From an uncultured virus (IMG/VR IMGVR_UViG_3300037245_002282) (lineage: Duplodnaviria > Heunggongvirae > Uroviricota > Caudoviricetes), in the IMG/VR virus record IMGVR_UViG_3300037245_002282: a DNA stretch of 64,000 nt. The stretch is one strand, 5' to 3'. Shown here one piece after another: positions 48,943 to 58,465 of this stretch. The position numbers were made by a program, and so were the translations under genes. The first letter of the stretch is position 1. Every line of letters begins with the position of its first letter. The notes under the pieces were generated by a model. That model had not been told where the DNA came from. It worked only from the letters and a program-made list of their open reading frames with translations, and searched no databases.

Positions 48943-48967
48943 TTTCTCCTAAATATTAAAACTGAAT

Positions 48968-49249
48968 CTACGGCATCTGATCAAGAATAAGATAAACTAT
49001 ACCACCCGTTGGTACTACTGCCAATTCAACTTCATTTACAGACATCCGAACAAGAATCTGCATAGTCAACTGTTCTGCCGTAGTGATTATTACAAATGTC
49101 GTATTGTTCAATCTCACAGAATATGAACCCGCATTGGCACCCGCTACTATAATACTGGTTACCGGCGCGCGTTCAACCGGAGTAGAATCGCTGTTAGTAG
49201 TATTCATCTCAATAATGCCGTCCGCTTTTCTTAAAAGTGCTAAAGCCAT
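48968..49249 (-). CDS. small beta-rich structural protein
   Basis: AGGAG RBS; in the head accessory block. Confidence 0.55.
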   Translation of the reverse strand: MALALLRKADGIIEMNTTNSDSTPVERAPVTSIIVAGANAGSYSVRLNNTTFVIITTAEQLTMQILVRMSVNEVELAVVPTGGIVYLILDQMP

Positions 49250-49270
49250 TGTTTTCTCCTCGTAATTTAA

Positions 49271-49648
49271 TTATATCACGTTACGCCACTCCCAGAGAGC
49301 GCCTGTTTTATCCACTTCTACTATTAGAACCGTATCTGTATCAATACTCCGTAAACCGATAAGCCACACATGAGAGCGTTTTTGATCATGTGCTCCACTT
49401 GCAGATACCTGCATTGAAGTACGTTTTCTATATTCAATTTTAGTTTGTCCCATTTCAGGAAACTTGATTCGCCTGCCCCCATGAATAATAAACGTGTTAC
49501 TCACGCAATCCGCATAAACGGAATTAGCATTCCACAGGAACATAATTGACTTGATTTTATCGCGAACTGCATAAAGGTCTTCGAATTTTATTTCGTAAGG
49601 TTCAGGTTTACCTTCAACTGAAATGATTATTTCCAGCTTATCTTCCAT
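49271..49648 (-). CDS. hypothetical protein
   Basis: ATG at 49648 after AGGAG, downstream of a terminator hairpin. Confidence 0.6.
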   Translation of the reverse strand: MEDKLEIIISVEGKPEPYEIKFEDLYAVRDKIKSIMFLWNANSVYADCVSNTFIIHGGRRIKFPEMGQTKIEYRKRTSMQVSASGAHDQKRSHVWLIGLRSIDTDTVLIVEVDKTGALWEWRNVI

Positions 49649-49660
49649 TTCTCTTCTCCT

Positions 49661-49690
49661 AAGAAACAAAACCCCCAATTAAGGGGGTTA
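49661..49690 (-). terminator. intrinsic terminator
   Basis: AACCCCC-TTAATT-GGGGGTT followed by TTGTTTCTT. Confidence 0.75.
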
Positions 49691-49693
49691 CAC

Positions 49694-50227
49694 TCATTGT
49701 TCATCAAATTGAATAGTCGCCGTTTTTTGGTTGAGTCCTCCTGCGGGAGTATTCTCAGTCAGATCCAGTTGCAGAACTATCCAATCGGAATAGGCCGGAG
49801 ATGAAGTAATCTGCCCTGAAAGACTTGCTACTATTCCGATATTAGCACTGGCAGGTTCAGCAACAGGCATAACCTGATCCGCTACAGATGAATCAGTATC
49901 AATAGGTCCGCCTGAAGGGTACGATGCTTGTACATACCCGGTAGTTCGCAGATTCGCGGTCATACCCTCTTCTGTTTTATAACCGCCACCGAGATTAGAT
50001 AACCATACTTTAATATTATCCACGATAGAAGAACCACCCATATCAGATACAAATAGCCGCAGCCACTTCTCAAAAGCGTGACCGTCGGCTTGAGCTGTTA
50101 CAGGATAAGTTGCAGGAACCAATTCCGCAGAATCATCGGAACCCATGTTAATGTTACTGGGATCAACTGTCTCTACTGAACTGATCTGCGGACCATTTGT
50201 TTCAGCAATAACTACTGTGGCAGCCAT
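49694..50227 (-). CDS. structural protein (beta-rich)
   Basis: FEKWLRL...SDWIVLQL...IQFDE; downstream of the capsid genes. Confidence 0.55.
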   Translation of the reverse strand: MAATVVIAETNGPQISSVETVDPSNINMGSDDSAELVPATYPVTAQADGHAFEKWLRLFVSDMGGSSIVDNIKVWLSNLGGGYKTEEGMTANLRTTGYVQASYPSGGPIDTDSSVADQVMPVAEPASANIGIVASLSGQITSSPAYSDWIVLQLDLTENTPAGGLNQKTATIQFDEQ

Positions 50228-50230
50228 GGG

Positions 50231-50749
50231 TTATTCCGCCCACGCAAGCCATGTAACAATTAGAGGTGCGGCTGTTGTTGCTGTCCCACCAGCATTGTTA
50301 ATCTCAGCGTCCACTAAGATCAACTGACCAATATCAGTATTCACAACAAACTCGGATGTGAGATCTACAAATACTTCCTGATATGTAACCTGAACCTGAT
50401 CACTTGTAGTATCGGTTCCGGCAGCATTATTGATGGTGTCAGCCGCAGTAATGCTAAACTCAGATGTTAAATCAACACCATCTGCCAGATTGATCACACT
50501 TATCAGCTTATCGGCAGTTGTAATGCCGGTTACAGTATGATCTCCCGCTGAGCCACCGGCAATTGAAACTTGAGCAATTTCGGGAAGTTTTACAACTCCA
50601 ACGAGTTGATCACCCTTTTTAATAGCCGCAACGGTAAGGACACCCGCAGAACCACCGACTACAATCGCCTGACGTACAAAAGGCGTCAACCGCTCAAGCA
50701 TCTGACGCCATATTGGAATTGCTCTTTGTATTCTTTCTTTGAAACTCAT
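50231..50749 (-). CDS. head decoration protein candidate
   Basis: Immediately after the major capsid gene; duplicated VDLTSEF...INNA.GT.T motif. Confidence 0.55.
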   Translation of the reverse strand: MSFKERIQRAIPIWRQMLERLTPFVRQAIVVGGSAGVLTVAAIKKGDQLVGVVKLPEIAQVSIAGGSAGDHTVTGITTADKLISVINLADGVDLTSEFSITAADTINNAAGTDTTSDQVQVTYQEVFVDLTSEFVVNTDIGQLILVDAEINNAGGTATTAAPLIVTWLAWAE

Positions 50750-50771
50750 TTTTATTCTCCTCGATCAAGAT

Positions 50772-50797
50772 AGCCGGACACCCAAAGGCACCCGGCT
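50772..50797 (-). terminator. hairpin after the major capsid gene (weak U tract)
   Basis: AGCCGGGTGCC-TTTG-GGTGTCCGGCT. Confidence 0.55.
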
Positions 50798-50819
50798 TTA
50801 AATATCTCAGTTCTATAAC

Positions 50820-52217
50820 TCAGAACCAACCAAGATTTGCAGGACTGACATTTTTGATGTAAGCATGTTGCTCTTCTTTCTTCAATGCTAAGGCCCCAAA
50901 AAGGAGCATGAGGAAAGGATATACGGCCTCATTTGTCGGATACAAATCAAACTTCATGAGGGGGAGGAACTGGAACCACTCGATTGCATCATAGATTTCA
51001 TCCATTGTAAGGATGAAAATATCAGATGTTCCGGGTAGATTCGCGTTGTCATCTACTGCCGCATCGTTAACACCGTCAACGTATGTAGCATAGTATCCCA
51101 TAAACTTAACTGTTGCTGAACTACCGGAACCCTTTTTGGATCGATATATCGCATAAGCAGTAATTGAAGCATCGGGAGTAACGGAAATATCAAATACATT
51201 TGTATCACCGACAGTAGTAATAGTGGCTGTAGCTTCAGCAGAGGCAAGACCTTCACCATAACGGTTTACAGCCGAAACTTTATAGTAGTAAACTCCCAGA
51301 TCACCAGCGGCAAAATAAGAGTCACCAGTTGCAGTTCTGGTTATGCTGTTGATAGTTACCTGTGCAGGTCGAAGGGCTGTCAAAGTTGAAACTACGGGAG
51401 CCGCACCTTCAGTGATAAATACATCGTCAAGCATTTCCAGTTTACCGAAAGGAGTCGGATACTCATTAAAAATAGTCGCACCAACATCCTGACCTGACTG
51501 GAACCGTACACGGTCTCTGATCAGATTCTGAAGATCCTGATGAACCATTGTGGAAGAAAGCAGCAAGCTGCCTTTTCCATACTGATCACGAATCTGGCGT
51601 GAACCGTCATTGATCAGTTTTTCAACCGAGGAACCGGAAGCAGTTGTACCGCGAGCGTCAAGGACGTTTGTAGTAGCCTGCTGTTTAATACCTTTAGGCT
51701 GATTAGGAAAAAGTGTATCATTCCCGTTAAACATTGCTTTTTCAACTTCACGGATAACCCACAGAGCACCGGCATTCTGCTCAATAGTCAGAGCATTTTC
51801 GATCATATTTGAAAGTGTAGCCTGTAAAGTCGCCTTACGGAGAGTCTGCAAATACTTTGCAGTCTCATACACACGGGCAATAGTCTGATCAGCTTCCTGA
51901 CTTGCACCTCCTTCAGGTACCCATGCACCGTCACTTGATCCAACAGCCGTTCTTTTGTCCCACTGGTGAACAGGACTGGCAATCGGTTTTTTCTTAACAC
52001 GCTGAAAAAGACGCGCTTCGTCCTGAGACCAAAGCACATTTACGAGCGTATTTTCAAGAGATTCAGGGATTAACGCACGACCACCGGTCATTGCTCCGGC
52101 GTCTACGCCGGACCCCGCTGTTAATGCTTTGCTGAGTTCCTGAAGAACTTCAACATTTCCAAAGTCTCCATGCCCCACAAAGTTTTGAGGGAACATTCCC
52201 GGATCTAGATTCATCAT
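50820..52217 (-). CDS. major capsid protein (HK97 fold, SPO1/K-like)
   Basis: ELSKALTAG...TGGRALIPESLE; WVIREVEKAMFNG; DARG; YYYKVSAVNRYGE; LLFGALAL...IKNV. Confidence 0.92.
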   Translation of the reverse strand: MMNLDPGMFPQNFVGHGDFGNVEVLQELSKALTAGSGVDAGAMTGGRALIPESLENTLVNVLWSQDEARLFQRVKKKPIASPVHQWDKRTAVGSSDGAWVPEGGASQEADQTIARVYETAKYLQTLRKATLQATLSNMIENALTIEQNAGALWVIREVEKAMFNGNDTLFPNQPKGIKQQATTNVLDARGTTASGSSVEKLINDGSRQIRDQYGKGSLLLSSTMVHQDLQNLIRDRVRFQSGQDVGATIFNEYPTPFGKLEMLDDVFITEGAAPVVSTLTALRPAQVTINSITRTATGDSYFAAGDLGVYYYKVSAVNRYGEGLASAEATATITTVGDTNVFDISVTPDASITAYAIYRSKKGSGSSATVKFMGYYATYVDGVNDAAVDDNANLPGTSDIFILTMDEIYDAIEWFQFLPLMKFDLYPTNEAVYPFLMLLFGALALKKEEQHAYIKNVSPANLGWF

Positions 52218-52910
52218 TTAGTTACCCTCCTTCATAAGTGCGGCAACCTTCTGATCAAGTCTATCGTTGACTTTCCCGAGGCAACGCTTGTTAACTCGAC
52301 CTTCAATCATCCCTGATTCAGTAAGGTCGATTTTTCCTGAACGAACCCATTCACGGGATTTCTGAAGAACTGTCGCATTATCATATTCAGCAGCCGGATC
52401 TTCACCGAATCGGCTCTTATTAAGAACCGTAACTGAATTACTACGTACGGTCTGTCCTCCGATCTTATGAATAATATCGGAAGTGCTTTTTTCGAGTTTG
52501 GCGGTCATTAGGAGAACTTCTCCCTGACTTTTAACCAAAGCTTCCATTTTGTTGAGCTTAGTCTGCATAGACTTTTTCAGTGACATGATGGTTTCATCCA
52601 TCGCTTTTGCAAGCTGTCTCAGAAATGGCTCTACATCAATTGCCGCTGCCGTGTCAGGGTCATCAGCAAGGATTTCGGATATAGACTTTTCATAATCCAT
52701 ATCATCATCATCATCATCATCCTCTTCCCCTTTGTCTTCGTCGGGATCTGGATCAGGCTCGGGATCATCCCCACCTTTATCTTTTTTTGCTTTCTGAAGA
52801 TTTTTCTTCGAATCTGATTCCAACGACTTCTGAAGGTCGTCTAAGGCGTCGTTGAAATCCTTTTCGATGAGTTCATCATCCAGAAGAACTTCTTGTACTG
52901 CTCCACTCAT
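52218..52910 (-). CDS. capsid scaffolding protein
   Basis: Acidic helical protein between protease and capsid; nine [LY]xK[SA] motifs. Confidence 0.75.
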   Translation of the reverse strand: MSGAVQEVLLDDELIEKDFNDALDDLQKSLESDSKKNLQKAKKDKGGDDPEPDPDPDEDKGEEDDDDDDDMDYEKSISEILADDPDTAAAIDVEPFLRQLAKAMDETIMSLKKSMQTKLNKMEALVKSQGEVLLMTAKLEKSTSDIIHKIGGQTVRSNSVTVLNKSRFGEDPAAEYDNATVLQKSREWVRSGKIDLTESGMIEGRVNKRCLGKVNDRLDQKVAALMKEGN

Positions 52911-52937
52911 ATGTGAAACCCTCCAAATAATATATTT

Positions 52938-53735
52938 TTATCTTCTCACCCCAACGACGTTGGGAATCTTTCGAGAAAGATAGTTTATAATCTTAGCTGC
53001 TGAGTTACCCTCGTAACCGCGATCATATACAAAATTGACCATATCATTATAGCTTCCTATTTTGTTATCTCTAACTGCTTTAAGAAGATCACCAAACATT
53101 CCGCGTAATTCTTCTGAGAGAGGCATTGTATCCGTTATTGAACCCTGAAGACTTTCATGTGTAAGAGCACGTCCACCTGTAAATACATCAGCATTTACAC
53201 CACTACCGGCCATAAGCGCTTTAGCAAACTCAGCAAACGGTACCATCTGTACATTACCAAGAGTTCCATCGTTAATCGGTCTATGAGTAATTGCAGTCTC
53301 ATCCCATATAACTTGTTTAATCGCATCTTCACTTTTTTGAAGAATACCCCCGCCGATACTTGCACCAAGTTTCATTGCTCCCGAATTGATATTATCCCAT
53401 AAGTTAATCGCAATTTTATTCTTCTGATACAAGAATCCTTTTACTAATGTTTGACGATTCGAAGTAAACTTGACATCCAGAGGTTCACCGATAATAAATC
53501 CCGGATCGTGAGTTGCTTTGTGTTTATGATCCCATGATATAACACCGTGAGTTAGATAATAATCAGCAGCTTTCTCTAAAGCTGCCATATCCACGGTCTC
53601 ACCGTCAGCATCTTTCATTTCATTGGAAGCTTGAAGATAAACAATCCACTGTCCATTTTCTTCAACACCTTTAATCATGACATCGTTGAAAGGACTGTAA
53701 AATGGACTGCTAATATGTGCAATAACCTGTCGCAT
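52938..53735 (-). CDS. prohead protease (HK97-type)
   Basis: ASNEMKDADGE, WDH (His), IGEP, GASIGG (Ser), AITHRPIN; start probably 53735 after GGGAGA. Confidence 0.88.
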   Translation of the reverse strand: MRQVIAHISSPFYSPFNDVMIKGVEENGQWIVYLQASNEMKDADGETVDMAALEKAADYYLTHGVISWDHKHKATHDPGFIIGEPLDVKFTSNRQTLVKGFLYQKNKIAINLWDNINSGAMKLGASIGGGILQKSEDAIKQVIWDETAITHRPINDGTLGNVQMVPFAEFAKALMAGSGVNADVFTGGRALTHESLQGSITDTMPLSEELRGMFGDLLKAVRDNKIGSYNDMVNFVYDRGYEGNSAAKIINYLSRKIPNVVGVRR

Positions 53736-53752
53736 TATATCTCCCATGTTAA

Positions 53753-53841
53753 AAACCCATTTCACTTGATATAAAGTATCAAATAAAATGGGTTTCTATG
53801 AACCTCGTTAATATTCAAATGATCACCCGAGTGATCATTTA
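53753..53841. promoter_or_regulatory. two inverted repeats upstream of the head operon
   Basis: aaacccattt 53753-53762 / aaatgggttt 53786-53795 with inner ttgatat/gtatcaa; perfect aaatgatcac-ccga-gtgatcattt 53817-53840. Confidence 0.7.
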
Positions 53842-53864
53842 CCGTACTTAAACTATATCACGAG

Positions 53865-54047
53865 TTAGTCATTTGAAACAAGGGCTTTACAATGACGACA
53901 TTTTACCTCTACCAGTGCTTTTTCTAAACCCTTACCTTTCAACAGAAGAGACCCACAATCCGGGCAACGGAACTCATCAAGATCACCGCCTATTACGAGA
54001 TTAAAACTTTTTTTAATAGGTTGTTTAAATCCCTTCTGTTCTTTCAT
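53865..54047 (-). CDS. Mu Com-like zinc-ribbon protein
   Basis: EFRCPDCGSLLLK...VEVKCRHCKALV. Confidence 0.75.
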   Translation of the reverse strand: MKEQKGFKQPIKKSFNLVIGGDLDEFRCPDCGSLLLKGKGLEKALVEVKCRHCKALVSND

Positions 54048-54053
54048 GATTAG

Positions 54054-54365
54054 CTATTCACCGAACACTTTTGGGAAACTCTGTTCCAGAATCTCAAACG
54101 CTACCGTAGAGAGTGATAACGCAGCTAATCGTCTAAGCGCTGATTTTACTTCTTTCCAGCTTGGAATGTCTTCCGGTTCTTTACCTACACATACGGGTTT
54201 TTCGTAGGTAAAATCTTCCTCATCGGGATCAACATCCTTTTTCAGCTCATCACCCTCCCCAACATCATCCTTAGATATAGATTGAACATCTTTACCTATA
54301 GCGTTAATCTCGTCATCCTTTGTAGTCAACACAGCGCTCTCCTCATTCTCATTCTTCTTTGCCAT
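54054..54365 (-). CDS. acidic hypothetical protein
   Basis: GAGGAG RBS; first gene after the 54399-54426 promoter-like site. Confidence 0.6.
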   Translation of the reverse strand: MAKKNENEESAVLTTKDDEINAIGKDVQSISKDDVGEGDELKKDVDPDEEDFTYEKPVCVGKEPEDIPSWKEVKSALRRLAALSLSTVAFEILEQSFPKVFGE

Positions 54366-54398
54366 TGGTTCATCTCCTCATATTATTTCAATAGTTTA

Positions 54399-54447
54399 AG
54401 TATATCATACGTTCAACTATTCTCAAAACCTTGTTCTACTAGAATTA
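54399..54447 (-). promoter_or_regulatory. putative promoter (TTGAGA-16 bp-TATACT, extended -10 TGn) with operator copy 2 just upstream of -35
   Basis: Minus strand TAATTCTAGTAGAACAAGGTTTTGAGAATAGTTGAACGTATGATATACT. Confidence 0.55.
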
Positions 54448-54449
54448 CC

Positions 54450-55613
54450 CTAATTCCACGGGGTAGGTTTGATCAATTTCTCAGAATCATCGATGGGTTT
54501 TTGCCGTCTCGCTCCCTCTGCCATAGCTGCTTCCATAGAGGCTCTGAACCGTGCATCAATATCTTCAAACCCCGGAATATGTTTAACCCATGTACATCGG
54601 CAGAAAGGATGATTAGTCCCGGCAGATACCCACCAGTTAGCGCGACGTCTACCGTAATTATTTTTACCCGGCCATATCGCAGTATACATTTCACCGTTAA
54701 CCATTACCTGATCATCAGTGACCGGAGGTTCAGGTAATAAAACTACGATTTGATTATTAACCATACTGAGACAAAACGGACAAGCTTCAGAGCTGGAAAT
54801 CCCCTTCATAAAAATTGTCTCTCCCGGTTTAGCCCGTTCCATTTCTGTAATAAGTTGTCCATTATTCATAGATGTCCCGATCTCAGTCTCTGCAATCCGT
54901 CGCCAGTCCCGATTCATTTCTCCAAACTTATCAAATAAGTTTTCCCGTAGTTCTCTATGATTTATTCGATTCTCTATTCCATTCTGTAGAGTATCGTGAA
55001 TCTTTCTGTACTGATTCTGTGTCAGATTTGTAATCAACTCTCCTGCGTGTTGTTGAGCAAATGTCACAGTGTTTCGCCATAACGGACCTTTTAACTTATT
55101 CATGGTATCATCTATAGCATCCTGTATACTCAAATATCCTGAATACAGAGAATCATTTATACTCATTCCCTTAAGAACTTTTCCCATAGCAAGAGCCTGA
55201 GTAGCAATCCGCTCTTCCTCGGGTGCATAAATATAATTAAGTACTTTTAAGATATCCCGCTTAATTATTTTCCACTGACCCTTAGTCAACGGCTTTCCGC
55301 TTTTAGGATCAATAAAAATCCGGTTGTTCAATAGGAAAGGATCAGTAGAAGCTTTTTCTATACCGATCCATCTTGCAGATATTGTATTAAACAGCTTTAA
55401 TAAATGGCTTTCAACCCGATCCTTGCTATACGCTTCAGCTTCCCGGACTGCACGAAACGGAGATATCTCTTTCTGTTGTCTTTCAGAATCATAACCCAGC
55501 GCCTTAGTCAACGCGATTACTGCCTGTTCATATTTTAAAGCAGGTCGATGATATAGATTTTTTAATTCAAGTATAATATGCGATTCATTAAGTTGAGCAC
55601 AGTATTCACACAC
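54450..55613 (-). CDS. MuF / SPP1 gp7-like minor head protein
   Basis: NRDWRRIAETE, ACPFC, HPFCRC; no C-terminal toxin extension; GTG start after GGAGGGG. Confidence 0.85.
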   Translation of the reverse strand: MCEYCAQLNESHIILELKNLYHRPALKYEQAVIALTKALGYDSERQQKEISPFRAVREAEAYSKDRVESHLLKLFNTISARWIGIEKASTDPFLLNNRIFIDPKSGKPLTKGQWKIIKRDILKVLNYIYAPEEERIATQALAMGKVLKGMSINDSLYSGYLSIQDAIDDTMNKLKGPLWRNTVTFAQQHAGELITNLTQNQYRKIHDTLQNGIENRINHRELRENLFDKFGEMNRDWRRIAETEIGTSMNNGQLITEMERAKPGETIFMKGISSSEACPFCLSMVNNQIVVLLPEPPVTDDQVMVNGEMYTAIWPGKNNYGRRRANWWVSAGTNHPFCRCTWVKHIPGFEDIDARFRASMEAAMAEGARRQKPIDDSEKLIKPTPWN

Positions 55614-55815
55614 GTCCGTGACCCCTCCCTGCAAGGAAGGAACAATAGTTTCGCCATACAGAAGAATCTATAGAAATGTAATTCTTTATCATTTTACTAC
55701 CTTCATCCATACTGCTATTCAAGGCTTTTTTAATCTCAACAGGAGGCTTAGAACGTCCCATCAATTTACACCACTTTGAAAATCTGTTTCCGGTCTTTAT
55801 CGCTTCCGATCTCAT
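55606..55815 (-). CDS. small hypothetical protein
   Basis: ATGA overlap with the upstream stop; contains IKKA. Confidence 0.5.
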   Translation of the reverse strand: MRSEAIKTGNRFSKWCKLMGRSKPPVEIKKALNSSMDEGSKMIKNYISIDSSVWRNYCSFLAGRGHGRV

Positions 55816-56708
55816 GAGCCATACTTCTCCATATAATCCCTATAACCCTTTGAATGTTCCATCCTAAAGATGAAATTATTTCGGGTCCTTTTACTCGCTA
55901 TCTGATTCAATAGAAATGCTTTAGCAAAAGTATAAGGAATCTCGATATCAGCTTTAGCTGTTGCCCGTGTACGTTCCTTCTTTTTCACAATCTGTTTAAC
56001 ATGAATTACAAGACCGTCACCTTTATATTTCAGTTCCATATCATCGCCCTTTTTAGGGAGAATCCATTTCCGCTTCCCGTTAGGTGTTCCTGATATTATC
56101 TTCGCAGCGTTAGTTTTCAGCATAGCACGGATATGAATTGTAGATAATGCCCCGGTTACAGACCATCCGCCCATTTTCTTTTTATCTGTCTTCACGCGGG
56201 AGGCTTTCATAACAGGAAGAGACATACCGTGCTTTCCTTCCTCATAACCTCTGTATTCCTTACCCTGTTTAGATGTCTTAGTAATCGTCAATTTGACCTT
56301 TGGTTTTGTGGAATACAATTCCTTCAGTTGAATTAAAGATCTTCCGAACAGATCCACTATAGCTTTTTTATCTCCGACAGGCGCTTTGATTGCTTTAACC
56401 CTGTCAACTACTTCTTTATATATTTTATGGGCTGTATCTGCCGGACCCTCTTTAATGGAGTTAATCAAACCCTCATAATCAATCAGATTTCGGGAAAGCA
56501 TAACATCTTCAATTATATTGCCCAGATTCGTGGTCATGGCATAATTGTAAAAGTCTTTAGCCCGTTTCTCAGCACCCCCGATTACTTTAGCTTTTTTACC
56601 TTCGGATACTATTACCCATTTCTTACCGACTTTCTCACGAGTTTTCCCATCTTTCCATGTTCGGGTTTCCCCTTGTGCTGCGGCTTTAGCCTTTAATATC
56701 AGGATCAT
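55812..56708 (-). CDS. basic protein, probable virion-internal protein
   Basis: N-terminal ILKA followed by GETRTWKDG...KVGKKW; Lys-rich; FAKA near the C-terminus. Confidence 0.6.
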   Translation of the reverse strand: MILILKAKAAAQGETRTWKDGKTREKVGKKWVIVSEGKKAKVIGGAEKRAKDFYNYAMTTNLGNIIEDVMLSRNLIDYEGLINSIKEGPADTAHKIYKEVVDRVKAIKAPVGDKKAIVDLFGRSLIQLKELYSTKPKVKLTITKTSKQGKEYRGYEEGKHGMSLPVMKASRVKTDKKKMGGWSVTGALSTIHIRAMLKTNAAKIISGTPNGKRKWILPKKGDDMELKYKGDGLVIHVKQIVKKKERTRATAKADIEIPYTFAKAFLLNQIASKRTRNNFIFRMEHSKGYRDYMEKYGS

Positions 56709-58462
56709 GTTTTCTCCCTATGTAAAGGTTCATCGAAAGTAGCTTCCATTCTAGCAATTCTATCTGCATCATCAGAAAATAGCATTTGCATGGATTTCAA
56801 TAAATCCATTTCATGAACTTCAGCATATACAATATGATAACCACCCACCTTGTTATCAAGTTTAGTAATTTTAATTGAAGGTGATCTTACTATAAACTCA
56901 TGTTCATCTTGATGTTGACTAATTCCACTATCTGAAACAGCCTTATCACTTTCGTCAACTACATCCTCAATCAACTGATCCAGATCAATACCTTGAATTC
57001 TTTTACTCGTATCATCACCATCTATACTATTTTTCAATATAATTAAAGTTCCACCACCGGACGCAAACCCCTCTGCCGGAACCTTCTTATTAGAAAAAGA
57101 CGCCATACCTAAAGGCATAATATCTCCAATCTGAGCTTCTTTCCATGCATCGTTAGAGGTTCCGCGATATAACTCATCATATTCCGCATATATCATATGT
57201 GATATTACAGTTTCACCTATGTTATTATATGCAACCGATTCAGGACCAAGCCCAGCACGTCTATTAGTATCCTCTTCTTTTACAAGTTTTCTAGCTCCTT
57301 TAACCACAGATCCGTCAACCCATTCCCCAATATATTTTAAAGCTTCACCAGTCCATTCTATATCATTACGATCCGTCATTTCAAAATCATCAATATCAGT
57401 CTCCCCTGATTCTTCTTCATACCCCTCTAATTTTTCCTGTACCCATTCTTCAGTTTCTTTTATACTTAAAGAATAATGAACCATTTCATATAAAGCTTCA
57501 CCCTCTTCTACTTCGCCATAATCATTAGAATCACCAAAGTTCCATACCTCAGTTTCTCTCAGTTCAGGTTTATCTTGTTTCTCCCACCATTTCTTGATAT
57601 CATCGTAAGATATTGAATAATCTTCAGGTGTAATATTTTCTTCAATATAAACCAATGCTCTAAGCGTTTCAGTCGCTTTGATCATATCCATTTCACCCGC
57701 TAAAGCAATACGAAATTCTTCCTCATTATTATTAGATGTATCGTTAATAAAAATTTCAATATCCTCATTAGTTTCCAAATGTTCCTTAATCCAATCTACA
57801 CTCATTTGTCGGATACCAGCATCATCATCATCCATGATAACCTTCATTATATGATCAGTAGCTAATTTGATATCTGCTTTGGAGATGGGAGTTGTCATAT
57901 AAAAATCATCAGTATCTTCAATAACATGTTTAGCGGCCATAACTGAATCTTTAGAAGAAATTACTGATTTTACTTTTTCTTCACCAATAGCTTCCAATTT
58001 AGTTATAGCATCTTTTTTAAAAGCTTCGGGAGTAATATCAAACGCCTCGCTACTCATCAATTGTTTACCCGAGCGTACCTCTGTAATTGACATCTTATAG
58101 GATGATATTTTATTACTCTGATTGATCTGTTTATGAAGTACAAATGACTGACCATATTTCTCAAAAGTCCCTAGAATAGCTTTCTCAGGGAGTCGTACTG
58201 CTTCAGTCTCTGCAATTCCATGTTTATCAAACTCACCTTCTTTAGGTCGAGAAATATAAAATCGATTATCACCTCTAGGACCTTTCATAGCCGGAGCTGG
58301 CAATGCAGGTAAATCCAGATGATGAATTGCACTAGGTTTCTTTGGAGCCTGATCAGGGCGAACGTAGAATGTCTGCATAAACGGTTTCCCTTTTCGAGAT
58401 ACCATTTTCTTTACTGGAACAAGTCCATTTCTACTCATTGTCGCCTTGATAAATAGTCTCAT
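56705..58462 (-). CDS. ADP-ribosyltransferase (R-S-E class) domain protein, probable virion-internal
   Basis: LYRG...MASFS...QDEHEFIV in the C-terminal domain; N-terminal FIKA plus GLVPVKKMV..KGKPFMQTFYV; LLKS after the domain. Confidence 0.72.
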   Translation of the reverse strand: MRLFIKATMSRNGLVPVKKMVSRKGKPFMQTFYVRPDQAPKKPSAIHHLDLPALPAPAMKGPRGDNRFYISRPKEGEFDKHGIAETEAVRLPEKAILGTFEKYGQSFVLHKQINQSNKISSYKMSITEVRSGKQLMSSEAFDITPEAFKKDAITKLEAIGEEKVKSVISSKDSVMAAKHVIEDTDDFYMTTPISKADIKLATDHIMKVIMDDDDAGIRQMSVDWIKEHLETNEDIEIFINDTSNNNEEEFRIALAGEMDMIKATETLRALVYIEENITPEDYSISYDDIKKWWEKQDKPELRETEVWNFGDSNDYGEVEEGEALYEMVHYSLSIKETEEWVQEKLEGYEEESGETDIDDFEMTDRNDIEWTGEALKYIGEWVDGSVVKGARKLVKEEDTNRRAGLGPESVAYNNIGETVISHMIYAEYDELYRGTSNDAWKEAQIGDIMPLGMASFSNKKVPAEGFASGGGTLIILKNSIDGDDTSKRIQGIDLDQLIEDVVDESDKAVSDSGISQHQDEHEFIVRSPSIKITKLDNKVGGYHIVYAEVHEMDLLKSMQMLFSDDADRIARMEATFDEPLHREKT

Positions 58463-58465
58463 TAC

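Noticed and set aside
52700..52770. (tca)n and gatc-rich repeats in the scaffold gene
   Set aside because: Encode a poly-Asp and DPEPDP linker; ordinary low complexity
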